Below, piece after piece: positions 34,446 to 43,718 of a stretch of DNA of 64,000 bases; the first letter of the stretch is position 1; each line of letters starts with the position of its first letter. The stretch is from an uncultured Solibacteraceae bacterium (GTDB lineage: Bacteria; Acidobacteriota; Vicinamibacteria; Vicinamibacterales; SCN-69-37): assembly GCA_964419785.1 (NCBI GenBank), contig CAYQRM010000112.1, positions 5,927-69,926 on the forward strand, written 5' to 3'. The position numbers and the translations under genes were made by a program. The notes under the pieces were generated by a model. That model made no database searches. It saw only the letters and a program-made list of their open reading frames with translations, and was not told the DNA's origin.

Positions 34446-35735
34446 TCAGCTCTTGGCGCGGCTTTCGACAGGGATCACCTCGGCGGGTGTGTCGCGGCCG
34501 TACTGCCACAGTTGCGGCGTGAGAAAGACGACGAGACCGGTCGCGACGAGGCAGCCGAAGCCGCCGCTCACGACCGAGAACGGCGCGCCGAGCCAGTTCG
34601 CGACGGTGCCGGCCTCGAGCTCGCCGAGCTGCGGGCCGCCCATGAAGAACACCATGTTGATGCCCGTCATTCGGCCGCGCATCTCGTCGGGCGTGTCGAG
34701 CTGGCGAATGAGATTGCGAATCACCATGCTGACGGCATCGCTCGCGCCCGAGAGCGCGAGGCAAAGAAAAGAAATCCAGAAGATCGTCGAGAATCCAAAA
34801 ATCACCGTCGACGCGCCGTAGGCGATGACGGCCCAGACGAGCACGGGCCCGCGGCGATCGATGTCGTCGATGGCGCGCACCATGATCAGGCTGCCGAGGC
34901 TCGCGCCCACCGCGGGCGCCGCGTAGAGCCAGCCGTACCCGCGCGGGCCGACGTGCAGGATGTCCTGCGCGAAGATCGGCAGAAGCGCCATGGCCGACGC
35001 AAAGAACGTCGCGAAGAAATCCAGCAGCATCGTCGATCGAATCATCGGCGAGCGGAAGACGAAGCGCAGGCCCTCGCGCGCGGCGTGGAGCGACATCTCG
35101 TCGCCCGCGTGGCTCTTGCCGCGCTCCATCTTCGGCACGTCCTTCATCATTCCGAGCGCGACGACGACGACGAGAAACGAGATGGCATTGAAGACGTACG
35201 CCCAGGCAACGCTGGAGAGCGCGATCACGACGCCACCGAGCGCCGGTCCGCCAACTTGCGCGACCTGCACCATCACCGTGTTGAGGCTGATCGCGTTCGG
35301 CAGATCCTCGCGCGGCACGAGCATGGGCAGGAGCGCCTGGCGCGCCGGCGCGTCGAATGCGCTCGTCGCCGCGCCAATCGCCGCGAGCACGTAGATGGGC
35401 CAGACGACGCTCAGGCCCATGAACGTCAGAAACGCCAGCGTCGACGCGACGAGCGTGCCGCCGATCTGCGTCACGAGCATCAGCTTGCGCCGATCGAACA
35501 CGTCTGCCGCAACGCCACTGATCAGCGAGAAGAGAATGATCGGCACGACTCGAACGAGCCCGACCATGCCGAGTGCGATCCCCTTGTGACTGGGCTCGAC
35601 GAGCAGCGAGACGTGCCAGAGGATCGCGGCCTGCTGCATGAACGAGCCCGCGAACGAGACGAACAGACTCAGCCACAGCAACCGGAAGTTGCGGGACCTC
35701 AGCGCGCGGGCGTTGAGCGGAAACCTCGACGTCAC
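34446..35735 (-). CDS. MFS transporter (EntS/MFS_3-like)
   Basis: 429 aa, 12 predicted TM helices. N-terminus RALRSRNFRLLWLSLFVSFAGSFMQ is typical of this MFS subgroup. Confidence 0.8.
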   Translation of the reverse strand: MTSRFPLNARALRSRNFRLLWLSLFVSFAGSFMQQAAILWHVSLLVEPSHKGIALGMVGLVRVVPIILFSLISGVAADVFDRRKLMLVTQIGGTLVASTLAFLTFMGLSVVWPIYVLAAIGAATSAFDAPARQALLPMLVPREDLPNAISLNTVMVQVAQVGGPALGGVVIALSSVAWAYVFNAISFLVVVVALGMMKDVPKMERGKSHAGDEMSLHAAREGLRFVFRSPMIRSTMLLDFFATFFASAMALLPIFAQDILHVGPRGYGWLYAAPAVGASLGSLIMVRAIDDIDRRGPVLVWAVIAYGASTVIFGFSTIFWISFLCLALSGASDAVSMVIRNLIRQLDTPDEMRGRMTGINMVFFMGGPQLGELEAGTVANWLGAPFSVVSGGFGCLVATGLVVFLTPQLWQYGRDTPAEVIPVESRAKS

Positions 35736-35745
35736 GATGTGACGG

Positions 35746-36687
35746 TCAGGATCCTAGTACAACTGGCGGTCCGGCCGCATGAGGCTTGAGCACGGCGTAG
35801 AGGGAGGCCATGATGGGCGTCGGCACGCCCTTGGCCTGTCCGCGCCGCACGACGCTGCCTTGCAGCGCTTCGACTTCGATGCGCTTGCCTTGCGAAAGGT
35901 CAATCAAGAGCGACGATCGCGTCGCCGGCGGAATCCCGGACACGTACTTGCGCATCCGATCGAGGTGATCGGCGGCCATCGCCACGCCGTGCGCCTTCGC
36001 GACTTCGACGACCTCGGCCACGGCGGCGACGAACATTTCGCGGGTGTAGGGATCGCCCCACACCGGACCGAGCGGCAGCCGCGACGCGCCGGTGAACGCC
36101 GCAAACGGCGCGAGGTACGTGAATTTCTCCCAGATCGCCGGTCGCGAGTCGGCCACCGCCTCCGCGTGAATGTCGGCGGCCTTGAGAATAGGCTCGATCG
36201 CCGCAACCCGCTTCGACGTCTCTTTCGGCGCGCCGAAGCATTCACCGAATACGATCCGCCGATGCGTCCCGGTCTGGCGGATGACGCCGGGCGACTCCAC
36301 GGCGGTCGCGATGTAGGTCGCGCCGGCGATTGTCGGCGCTTCGCCGATAACGCGTGCGACCTCGTCCGCGCTGTCGACCCCGTTTTGCACCGTCAGCACA
36401 ACGGTGCCAGGACCGACGAGCGGTTTGATGAGCGGAATCGCCGTCGCGTTGTCGTACGTCTTTACGGTCAGCACGACGACGTCGGTCGGCCCAAGCTTGG
36501 CGGGATCGCTTTCGGCGCGGAGCGGCGCCGTGAAATCGCCGAGCGGACCGACAACGCGAAGCCCGTGCTGTCGAATCGCGTCGAGGTGCGCACCGCGCGC
36601 AATGACGCTGACGTCCTGTCCCGACCGCTGCAGCAGCGCGCCGTAATAGCCGCCGACCGCACCCGCACCGATGAACACGAACCGCAT
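35746..36687 (-). CDS. panE: 2-dehydropantoate 2-reductase (ApbA/PanE family)
   Basis: Start at MRFVFIGAGAVGGYYGALL (ATG 36687, 1 nt after the upstream stop). ApbA N- and C-domains (SSLLIDLSQGKRIEVEAL). Confidence 0.8.
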   Translation of the reverse strand: MRFVFIGAGAVGGYYGALLQRSGQDVSVIARGAHLDAIRQHGLRVVGPLGDFTAPLRAESDPAKLGPTDVVVLTVKTYDNATAIPLIKPLVGPGTVVLTVQNGVDSADEVARVIGEAPTIAGATYIATAVESPGVIRQTGTHRRIVFGECFGAPKETSKRVAAIEPILKAADIHAEAVADSRPAIWEKFTYLAPFAAFTGASRLPLGPVWGDPYTREMFVAAVAEVVEVAKAHGVAMAADHLDRMRKYVSGIPPATRSSLLIDLSQGKRIEVEALQGSVVRRGQAKGVPTPIMASLYAVLKPHAAGPPVVLGS

Positions 36688-36688
36688 G

Positions 36689-38050
36689 CTACTTGTATCG
36701 CTTTCCGTGCTTGACGACGATGTCAACGCGCTGAAGGAGATCGATGTAGCGCAACACATCGCCGCGCACCGCGATGATGTCGGCGAACTTGCCCGCCGTC
36801 ACGGTGCCGACGTCCTTGTCCTTTTTCATCATCAATGACGGCCAGTACGTCGCGGCGCGAATCGCCTCCATCGGCGGCACGCCCATCTCGCGCACCCAGA
36901 TGTCGAGCTCGTTCCACGTCGTCTGGCTGTGGAACTGCATCGGGATCCCGCTGTCGGTGCCAATCAGCATCGTCACGCCCGCTTCTCGCAACTGCGTGAA
37001 CTTGCGCTTCAACGTCGGCTTGCGCGCCGGCGTGAGCTGGAAGTAGCTCATCTCGGCCGGATGCTGAATCGACTGACGAATGTCATCGATGATGTCTTGC
37101 GGCAGGCCGAGGTGCCACGACGGATCATCGAGCATCTCAGGATTGTCGCGCATGTACTCGTAATTGAAGAGCCCTTCGACCGTCGGCGTCCAGAAGAGCG
37201 GCCCGAGGGCCATCTTCGCGGTGCGCTCGCGAATCAGGTCCATGATGTCGGACGGATACTCCGGCGCGGTCGCCAGACCCGTGTGCTGCAGATCGTCGGC
37301 GCCGTACTTGAGCGCCAGGCGAATCTCGTCGGGTCGATGCGCGTGCGCGATGACCGGAAGATGATGCGCGTGCGCTTCGTCGATGACCGCGCGCACTTCG
37401 TCGGCCGTCATTTGATCCTGATCGATCAGTTTGATCACATCAACGCCGGCCGTGGCGAGCTTGCGCACTTTCGCGATGGCGTCGGCGGCACCCGAGACGC
37501 CCCAGCGGAAGTAATCCGTGCCGGGATACGGCTCGTGCTGGAGGAACGGGCCCGCGACGTAGAGCGTGGCGCCTGGAATCTCGCCGCGGTTGATCGCATC
37601 ACGCACGTGAATGCTGGCCTCGAGCGGACCGCCGAGATCTCGGGCCGTCGTGACGCCCGCCATCAGCAGCTGCCGCGCCGACGCCGGCATCACGTCCTTC
37701 TCGAGCCGCGACGGATACGTCTTGTCCCAATGCTCGTAGTCGGAGTGCCCGTCGATCATGGTGTGCACGTGCATGTCCCAGAGCCCGGGCAGGACCGACA
37801 TGCCTTCGGTCGAGATCACTTCCGCGTCGGACGGCACGGCGAGCGTCCCCACCTGGCCGATCGCCGCGATCCGCTCGCCGCGTACGATGATCACGGAGTT
37901 ACGAATCGGCGTGCTGCCAAATCCATCGATGAGCGTGCCGCCAACGAGTGCCAGCGGCTTGCCGCCCGCACCTGCTGCCTGCTGCGGTGCCGGGCCCGCG
38001 CCCACCGAGACGACGGCGATGACAATCGGAGCGATCAGCCTCAAGCGCAT
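36689..38050 (-). CDS. secreted amidohydrolase-family metallohydrolase
   Basis: 453 aa with a signal peptide. LPGLWDMHVHT (HxH metal site), later HAHRPDE and GTDSG. Confidence 0.8.
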   Translation of the reverse strand: MRLRLIAPIVIAVVSVGAGPAPQQAAGAGGKPLALVGGTLIDGFGSTPIRNSVIIVRGERIAAIGQVGTLAVPSDAEVISTEGMSVLPGLWDMHVHTMIDGHSDYEHWDKTYPSRLEKDVMPASARQLLMAGVTTARDLGGPLEASIHVRDAINRGEIPGATLYVAGPFLQHEPYPGTDYFRWGVSGAADAIAKVRKLATAGVDVIKLIDQDQMTADEVRAVIDEAHAHHLPVIAHAHRPDEIRLALKYGADDLQHTGLATAPEYPSDIMDLIRERTAKMALGPLFWTPTVEGLFNYEYMRDNPEMLDDPSWHLGLPQDIIDDIRQSIQHPAEMSYFQLTPARKPTLKRKFTQLREAGVTMLIGTDSGIPMQFHSQTTWNELDIWVREMGVPPMEAIRAATYWPSLMMKKDKDVGTVTAGKFADIIAVRGDVLRYIDLLQRVDIVVKHGKRYK

Positions 38051-38059
38051 TGGTCCTCC

Positions 38060-38560
38060 TCAGTAGCGGAGCATCGTCAGTGCTCCGGTCGCGGGCACCA
38101 GGACGAACAGCTTGTCATATTCGTCGTCCGCGACGGTGACGGCCGGGCCGCCAAGTGCTTTGATGATCGCGGGGACGGTGTTCGAGTGACCGACGACCAG
38201 CACGATGTCGTGCGCGTGCTTCGTCCTGAGCTCGTCGACCAGCGCCGCGGTATCAGACGATGACCTGATCGTGGTCGTCAGCTTGAGCGCCGCCGCGACT
38301 GGAGCAGCGGTCTGCTGGGTGCGCGCGAACTCGGTCGCATAGATCGCCGTGACGCCCGACGACGACAGCATCGCGGCCAGCTTGTCGGCGCGCGCTTTGC
38401 CGACGGCCGACAGCGGAGGATCCGCAGTTCCGCCCATCGGTGGCGTGCCGCCATCTGCCCGCTCGGCATGGCGAACGACGATCACGAGCTGCTGCGCCGC
38501 GGCGACGGAGGGCAACAACATCGCGACAGCCACGAGCCAGCCGGTCAGCTTTGTACGCAT
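38060..38560 (-). CDS. secreted histidine-phosphatase superfamily protein (SixA/PGAM-like)
   Basis: 166 aa with a signal peptide. VIVVRHAERADG (RHG-type motif) and VVGHSNT. Confidence 0.75.
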   Translation of the reverse strand: MRTKLTGWLVAVAMLLPSVAAAQQLVIVVRHAERADGGTPPMGGTADPPLSAVGKARADKLAAMLSSSGVTAIYATEFARTQQTAAPVAAALKLTTTIRSSSDTAALVDELRTKHAHDIVLVVGHSNTVPAIIKALGGPAVTVADDEYDKLFVLVPATGALTMLRY

Positions 38561-38676
38561 GGCCTACCTCAAACAGCGTACTGCTCCGAACGGACCAACG
38601 GGTCAGGCCCGGCTGACGCCAGCAGGGCCGGGCCCGGCCCACTTCAACGCCGAGTATCATGACTTAAGTTCACTCG

Positions 38677-39792
38677 ATGGCGTTCAAGTCCCGAGCGACC
38701 CTTCCAGGCACGGCGTTCACGCTACCCGCGCGGTACTACACGGATCGCGGGCTGTTCGAGCGTGAGCTCGACTTGTTCTACCGCCGGATGTGGGTCGGCG
38801 TCGGGCGGCTCGAGGAGATTCCGACGCGCGGCGCGTATCTGACGCGTGAAGTCGCCGGCGACAACATCATCGTCTTGCGCGCGACGGACAGCGGAGACGT
38901 CCGCGCATTTTTCAACGTGTGTCGTCATCGCGGCACGCGTCTTTGCGGAGACGAAACCGGCCAGCTCGCCGGCGCGATTCAGTGTCCGTATCACGCGTGG
39001 ACCTACGATTACGAGGGCCGCCTCGTCGGCGCGCCGCACATGGACGGCTCGCCTGGCTTCGCGAAAGAGGAATTCCCGCTGGGCCGCATTCGCGCCGGCG
39101 TGTGGGACGGCTTCGTGTTCGTCTCGCTCGACGCGAAGGGTCGCACGCTCGAGGAGCACCTCGCTTCCCTTCCCGCACAGTTCGCGCCGTGGGGCCTCGC
39201 CGATCTCGTGCGCGCGCATCGCATCATCTACGACGTCCGCGCGAACTGGAAGCTCATCGTCCAGAACTACAACGAGTGCCTCCACTGTCCGACGCTGCAT
39301 CCGGTGTTGAACAAACTTTCGCACTATCTCAGCGGCGAGAACGAGCCGCTGCAGCCGACGTACATGGGCGGCCGGATGGACCTCAACGACGGGGTGCAGA
39401 CGATGACCAGTGACGGCACGTGTGCGCGCGATCCGCTGCCGGGCTTGTCGTCCGCCGATCGCCGACGCGTGTATTACTATTCCGTGTTTCCGAATTTTCT
39501 GATCGCGCCGCATCCCGACTACGTGCTCACGCACACGCTGTGGCCGATCGCGCCCGACCAGACGCGCATCGTGTGCGAGTGGCTCGTCCATCCGCGCGAG
39601 CGGGCCCGGCCCGGCTTCGACCTGTCCGATGCCACGGCGTTCTGGGACATGACGAACCGGCAGGACTGGCACATCTGCGCGCTCGCACAAGCGGGCATCA
39701 GCTCACCGGCCTACCGGCCCGGCCCGTACTCCAACCGTGAGGATCTATTGTTCGCGTTCGACCAGTTCGTCCGTCGCACGCTGGGAGATTGA
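38677..39792 (+). CDS. Rieske [2Fe-2S] non-heme-iron oxygenase alpha subunit (choline monooxygenase/GbcA/CntA-like clade)
   Basis: 371 aa. Rieske CRHRGTRLC...CPYHAWTY. Mononuclear-iron region NWKLIVQNYNECLHCPTLHP parallels CntA [20 protein letters not shown]. Confidence 0.8.
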   Translation: MAFKSRATLPGTAFTLPARYYTDRGLFERELDLFYRRMWVGVGRLEEIPTRGAYLTREVAGDNIIVLRATDSGDVRAFFNVCRHRGTRLCGDETGQLAGAIQCPYHAWTYDYEGRLVGAPHMDGSPGFAKEEFPLGRIRAGVWDGFVFVSLDAKGRTLEEHLASLPAQFAPWGLADLVRAHRIIYDVRANWKLIVQNYNECLHCPTLHPVLNKLSHYLSGENEPLQPTYMGGRMDLNDGVQTMTSDGTCARDPLPGLSSADRRRVYYYSVFPNFLIAPHPDYVLTHTLWPIAPDQTRIVCEWLVHPRERARPGFDLSDATAFWDMTNRQDWHICALAQAGISSPAYRPGPYSNREDLLFAFDQFVRRTLGD

Positions 39793-39795
39793 CTG

Positions 39796-40308
39796 ATGGC
39801 GATCTATTTGACGATTCGGGTGCTTCACGTGCTGATGGGCGCGGTGTGGGTAGGCTGGACCCTGTTCCTCGTGATGTTTCTGCAGCCGGCGGTGCTCGAC
39901 ACCGGAGCCGAAGGCGCGAAAGTCATGGCGGCCGTCGAGCGGCGCGGCTTCATCGCCGGCATTCCAATCGTCGCGGGGCTTTCGATCCTCTCGGGCCTCT
40001 GGCTCTACTGGCGCTACACTGCCGGCTTCAGCCCGTCGATCAGTCAGAGCCATGCCGGCATGGCGTTTGGCGCTGGCGGCGCGCTCGCGATCATCTCGGC
40101 GATCCTGGGTGGCGCGGTCGTGAGTCGCCTCGCGAAGAAAGCCAATACGTTGTCCCAGGAAGCGGCGACGATGCCCGAGGGGGCGAACCGTGTCGCGAAA
40201 ATGGCGGGAGCGCTCGAGCTCAGAAAGCGCATGCTCGCGATCACCAAGATCATCGCCGTCCTGCTCGTCGCCACCATCGCGCTCATGAGCATCGCGATCT
40301 TGATCTGA
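39796..40308 (+). CDS. hypothetical 4-TM membrane protein
   Basis: 170 aa with four hydrophobic helices. 3-nt gap after the Rieske gene. No motif recognised. Confidence 0.55.
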   Translation: MAIYLTIRVLHVLMGAVWVGWTLFLVMFLQPAVLDTGAEGAKVMAAVERRGFIAGIPIVAGLSILSGLWLYWRYTAGFSPSISQSHAGMAFGAGGALAIISAILGGAVVSRLAKKANTLSQEAATMPEGANRVAKMAGALELRKRMLAITKIIAVLLVATIALMSIAILI

Positions 40309-40336
40309 TCGACATGGCATTGATTTCCCGGGCCGC

Positions 40337-41239
40337 ATGCTGAAGCGGCGCCTGCTGCGCGCGCTCGGCCACCAACGCTATCTGCGATTCGGCGTCCGCG
40401 ATCGCATTCTGCGCCGCTTCGACGATCCCGCGACTGCGGACGGGGCGGAGTTCGTCACGCCGTTCTTCGGCACGCGTTATCGCGGGCAGTTCGACAGCTT
40501 CATCGACTGGAGCACTTACTACTACGGCGCGTATTCGTTCGACGATCTCGAGCTCATCGGCGATCTGCTGACGGCGTGGCGCGAGCCGGTATTCGTCGAC
40601 GTCGGCGCCAACGTCGGGCACCACACGTTGTTCGCCGCGACGCGCTGCCGTCGGGTGATCGCGATCGAGCCGTTCGAGCCGCTCGTGAAGCGGATCCAGC
40701 AAAAGGTCGACGAGAACACGATCACGAACGTCACGATCGTGCCCTGCGGCCTGGCCGATCGGAACGGAGCGGCGGCCTTCACGCCTCCGACGACTCACAA
40801 CCGCGGCACCGGCGGGTTCGGCCAGGCGCAGTCCGGCTCCGTCACGCTGCCAATTCGCCGCGGCGACGATGTGCTCGCAGACGTGGGCGCGACCGCACCG
40901 AATTTCATCAAGATCGACACCGAAGGATTCGAGCTCCACGTCCTCGAGGGACTGGCGAAGACGCTCGCCGCGGCACGACCGGTCGTCCTCGCGGAATGGT
41001 TGCCGCCGGCACTCGCGACATCCGACCAAGGACGCGCGCTCTTCCCGGACGGCTACGCGTTCTATCGGCGGCGACCCGACGACGCCGCGTTCGGTGTCTT
41101 TCGGGTCGCGCATCGACGTCTCGAGCTCTTGTCGGACACGTGGCCGGACGCGGACATCCTGGCCGTGCCGGTCGAATTTCGTGGACGGATCGCTTCGGAT
41201 CCACTGGCGGCGCGCGCCGCGTCGCGCTTCGGCGGCTGA
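40337..41239 (+). CDS. FkbM-family SAM-dependent methyltransferase
   Basis: 300 aa. VFVDVGANVGHHTLFAA and IKIDTEGFELHVLEG are typical of the FkbM family. Confidence 0.75.
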   Translation: MLKRRLLRALGHQRYLRFGVRDRILRRFDDPATADGAEFVTPFFGTRYRGQFDSFIDWSTYYYGAYSFDDLELIGDLLTAWREPVFVDVGANVGHHTLFAATRCRRVIAIEPFEPLVKRIQQKVDENTITNVTIVPCGLADRNGAAAFTPPTTHNRGTGGFGQAQSGSVTLPIRRGDDVLADVGATAPNFIKIDTEGFELHVLEGLAKTLAAARPVVLAEWLPPALATSDQGRALFPDGYAFYRRRPDDAAFGVFRVAHRRLELLSDTWPDADILAVPVEFRGRIASDPLAARAASRFGG

Positions 41240-41272
41240 GCGAACTCGGACAGCCGGAAATGCGGCGAGCGC

Positions 41273-42394
41273 GTGGCACAATGTCGCATGCGCTCGACGC
41301 TCTTCGTCGTCTCGCTGACGATCGCGGTGGGCGGGTTCGCCGCGCCGCAGAATTCGCCCGCGCCCGCGCCGGTTGAGAGCCACATCGACGTCCAGAAGGT
41401 CGCGACGGGCGTCTACGCGGCGATTCGCACCGAGCCGCCGGGCCTCTTCTTCGATTGCAACAGCGTCTTTCTCATCAACGACGCCGACGTGATCGTCGTC
41501 GACACCAACATCACGCCGTCGTCGGCGCGTGCGTCGCTCGCAGCGCTGATGAAGCTCACGAACAAGCCGGTGACGGCGGTCATCAACACGCACTGGCACG
41601 ACGATCACATCATCGGCAACCAGGTCTATCGCGACGCGTTTCCGTCAGCGGAGTTCATCGCGCAGTCGAGCACCGCGCAAGATCTGCCGACGGTCGGCGC
41701 GAACAACCGGAAACAGCTCGTCGAGCTGGGCCCGCAGATGGTGACGCAGTTGCAGATGTCGATCGACCAGCGCAAGAGCCTGACGGGCAACCCGCTCTCG
41801 GACGATGAGCGCACGAGCTACGAGAGCGACATTGCGTCGGCCAAGCGATTCTTCGCGGAAGCGCCGCTCATCCAGATTGTGATGCCGACCAGGCTCGTGG
41901 ACACGTCGCTCACGCTCAAACGCGGCAGCCGCCAGATCGACGTCATGTTTCTCGGCCGCGGGCACACGGGCGCCGATCTCGTCGTCTGGCTGCCTGCCGA
42001 GAGCATCGCCATCACAGGCGACCTCGTCGTGTCGCCGGTGCCGCTCGTCGGCTCGACGTCGCATCCGCTCGAGTTCGGCGCCACGCTCGAGAAGCTCGTG
42101 GCGCTGCGGCCGGCCATCTTCATTCCGGGCCACGGACCTGTGATGCACGACGACAAATACGTGCGCCTGGAGATGGCGCTCCTCGCGTCGCTCAAATCTC
42201 AGGTCGAAGCGTCGGTCGCGCGCGGCGAAACGCTCGCGCAGGCGCGGAAGAGCGTCAACCTCGCCGACCTGAAGAAGGACTTCGCCGGCTCGTCGCAGTC
42301 GCTGAGCTTCATCTTCGACAATTACGTGTCGTCATCAGGCGTCAGCGCGGCGTATCGCGACGCGACGGCGCCCAAACGTGACGAACGGCCCTGA
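41273..42394 (+). CDS. secreted MBL-fold metallo-hydrolase
   Basis: 373 aa with a signal peptide. NTHWHDDHIIGN (HxHxDH), later GHTGADL and IPGHG. Confidence 0.8.
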   Translation: MAQCRMRSTLFVVSLTIAVGGFAAPQNSPAPAPVESHIDVQKVATGVYAAIRTEPPGLFFDCNSVFLINDADVIVVDTNITPSSARASLAALMKLTNKPVTAVINTHWHDDHIIGNQVYRDAFPSAEFIAQSSTAQDLPTVGANNRKQLVELGPQMVTQLQMSIDQRKSLTGNPLSDDERTSYESDIASAKRFFAEAPLIQIVMPTRLVDTSLTLKRGSRQIDVMFLGRGHTGADLVVWLPAESIAITGDLVVSPVPLVGSTSHPLEFGATLEKLVALRPAIFIPGHGPVMHDDKYVRLEMALLASLKSQVEASVARGETLAQARKSVNLADLKKDFAGSSQSLSFIFDNYVSSSGVSAAYRDATAPKRDERP

Positions 42395-42409
42395 TCTTAG
42401 AATGCGCGC

Positions 42410-43693
42410 GTGCCGCTGACGCGCAATCAGATTCGCGGGTTCTGGGCGTCGTGGGGTGGCTGGACGCTCGACGGCATGGACTCGTTCATCTATGCCCTCG
42501 TCCTCGCGCCCGCACTGACCGAGCTCCTTCCAAAGTCCGGCATCCCGGCGACCGCCGGCAACGTCGGCTACTACGGCGGCTTGCTGCTCGCGTTCTTCCT
42601 CGTCGGATGGGGCCTGTCGATGGTCTGGGGCCCGATCGCGGATCGCTTCGGCCGCGTGCGAACGCTGGCGCTCACGATTCTCTGCTACTCGCTCTTCACG
42701 TTTCTCGGGGCGGCGACAACGAACGTCTGGCAGCTCGGCGCGTGCCGGCTCCTCGCGGGCATCGGGATTGGCGGCGAGTGGTCGATGGGCGGCACCTTCG
42801 TCGCCGAGGAATGGCCCGAGTCGCGACGGACGATGGCCGCCGGATATCTCCACACCGGCTACTACGTCGGCGTGTTTCTCGCCGCGCTCGCCAATTACAC
42901 GATTGGCGCCCACTACGGATGGCGCGCGATGTTCGTGGTCGGCGGCGCACCAGCGTTCTTCGTCGCGTTCGTTCGATACGCCGTCGTCGAGCCCGCGCGG
43001 TGGACGGATCAGAAACGCGCGCTCGGATCGCGGCTGACGATGCGCGGTGCGTTCGCGATGTTGTTCTCGCCGCGATATCGACGCCGAACATTGCTCAACT
43101 CGACGTACATCTTCGTGTCGATCGTCGGACTGTGGGCCGGGTCAGTCTACGTGCCGGCGTCCGTCACGCATCTCGCTGCGGCTGCCGGCTATTCGGCGCG
43201 CGACGGCGTCCAGCTCGCGTCGAACGCGACGATGCTCCTCTCGACGGGCACGATTCTCGGCTGTCTGGCGCTGCCACCGCTGGCTGAACGGCTGGGCCGA
43301 CGCGTGACGCTCGCGCTGTACTTCTTCGTCATGTTCGTGACGATCGCGATCGGCTTTGGCTACGTCTATTACCTGGCGGAAGGCGCGATTTTCTGGTTTC
43401 TCGTGTGCCTGTTCGTGCTCGGCGTTGGCGGAGCCAACTTCGCGGTGTACACGCTGTGGCTGCCGGAACAGTACGAGACGAGCTGTCGTGCCAGCGCGTT
43501 CGCCTTCACGACGTCGGTCGGGCGATTTCTTGGCGCGGGTGTGACGTTCCTGGTCGGCGCCGGCGTCGCGCATTTCCAATCGATCGGAACGCCGGTCGCG
43601 CTCACGTCGATCGCGTTTCTCGCCGGTATGCTGCTGTTGCCGTTTGCTGAAAAGGATACCGGGAATACTTTTCTCGACGTGTCCACTTCTTGA
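42410..43693 (+). CDS. MFS transporter
   Basis: 427 aa, 12 TM helices. GPIADRFGRVRTL loop motif. The C-terminal EKDTGNTFLDVSTS is encoded by the repeat hairpin. Confidence 0.8.
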   Translation: MPLTRNQIRGFWASWGGWTLDGMDSFIYALVLAPALTELLPKSGIPATAGNVGYYGGLLLAFFLVGWGLSMVWGPIADRFGRVRTLALTILCYSLFTFLGAATTNVWQLGACRLLAGIGIGGEWSMGGTFVAEEWPESRRTMAAGYLHTGYYVGVFLAALANYTIGAHYGWRAMFVVGGAPAFFVAFVRYAVVEPARWTDQKRALGSRLTMRGAFAMLFSPRYRRRTLLNSTYIFVSIVGLWAGSVYVPASVTHLAAAAGYSARDGVQLASNATMLLSTGTILGCLALPPLAERLGRRVTLALYFFVMFVTIAIGFGYVYYLAEGAIFWFLVCLFVLGVGGANFAVYTLWLPEQYETSCRASAFAFTTSVGRFLGAGVTFLVGAGVAHFQSIGTPVALTSIAFLAGMLLLPFAEKDTGNTFLDVSTS

Positions 43694-43717
43694 GAAAGTA
43701 TTCCCGGTATCCTTTTT
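43649..43717. terminator. long hairpin formed by two inverted copies of the 25-nt motif, followed by a T-run (likely bidirectional terminator)
   Basis: gaaaaggataccgggaatacttttctc - loop gacgtgtccacttctt - gagaaagtattcccggtatcctttttt. About 25-bp stem with one bulge. The MFS stop codon lies at the loop/stem junction. The stop of the convergent gene is at 43719. Confidence 0.75.
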
Positions 43718-43718
43718 T

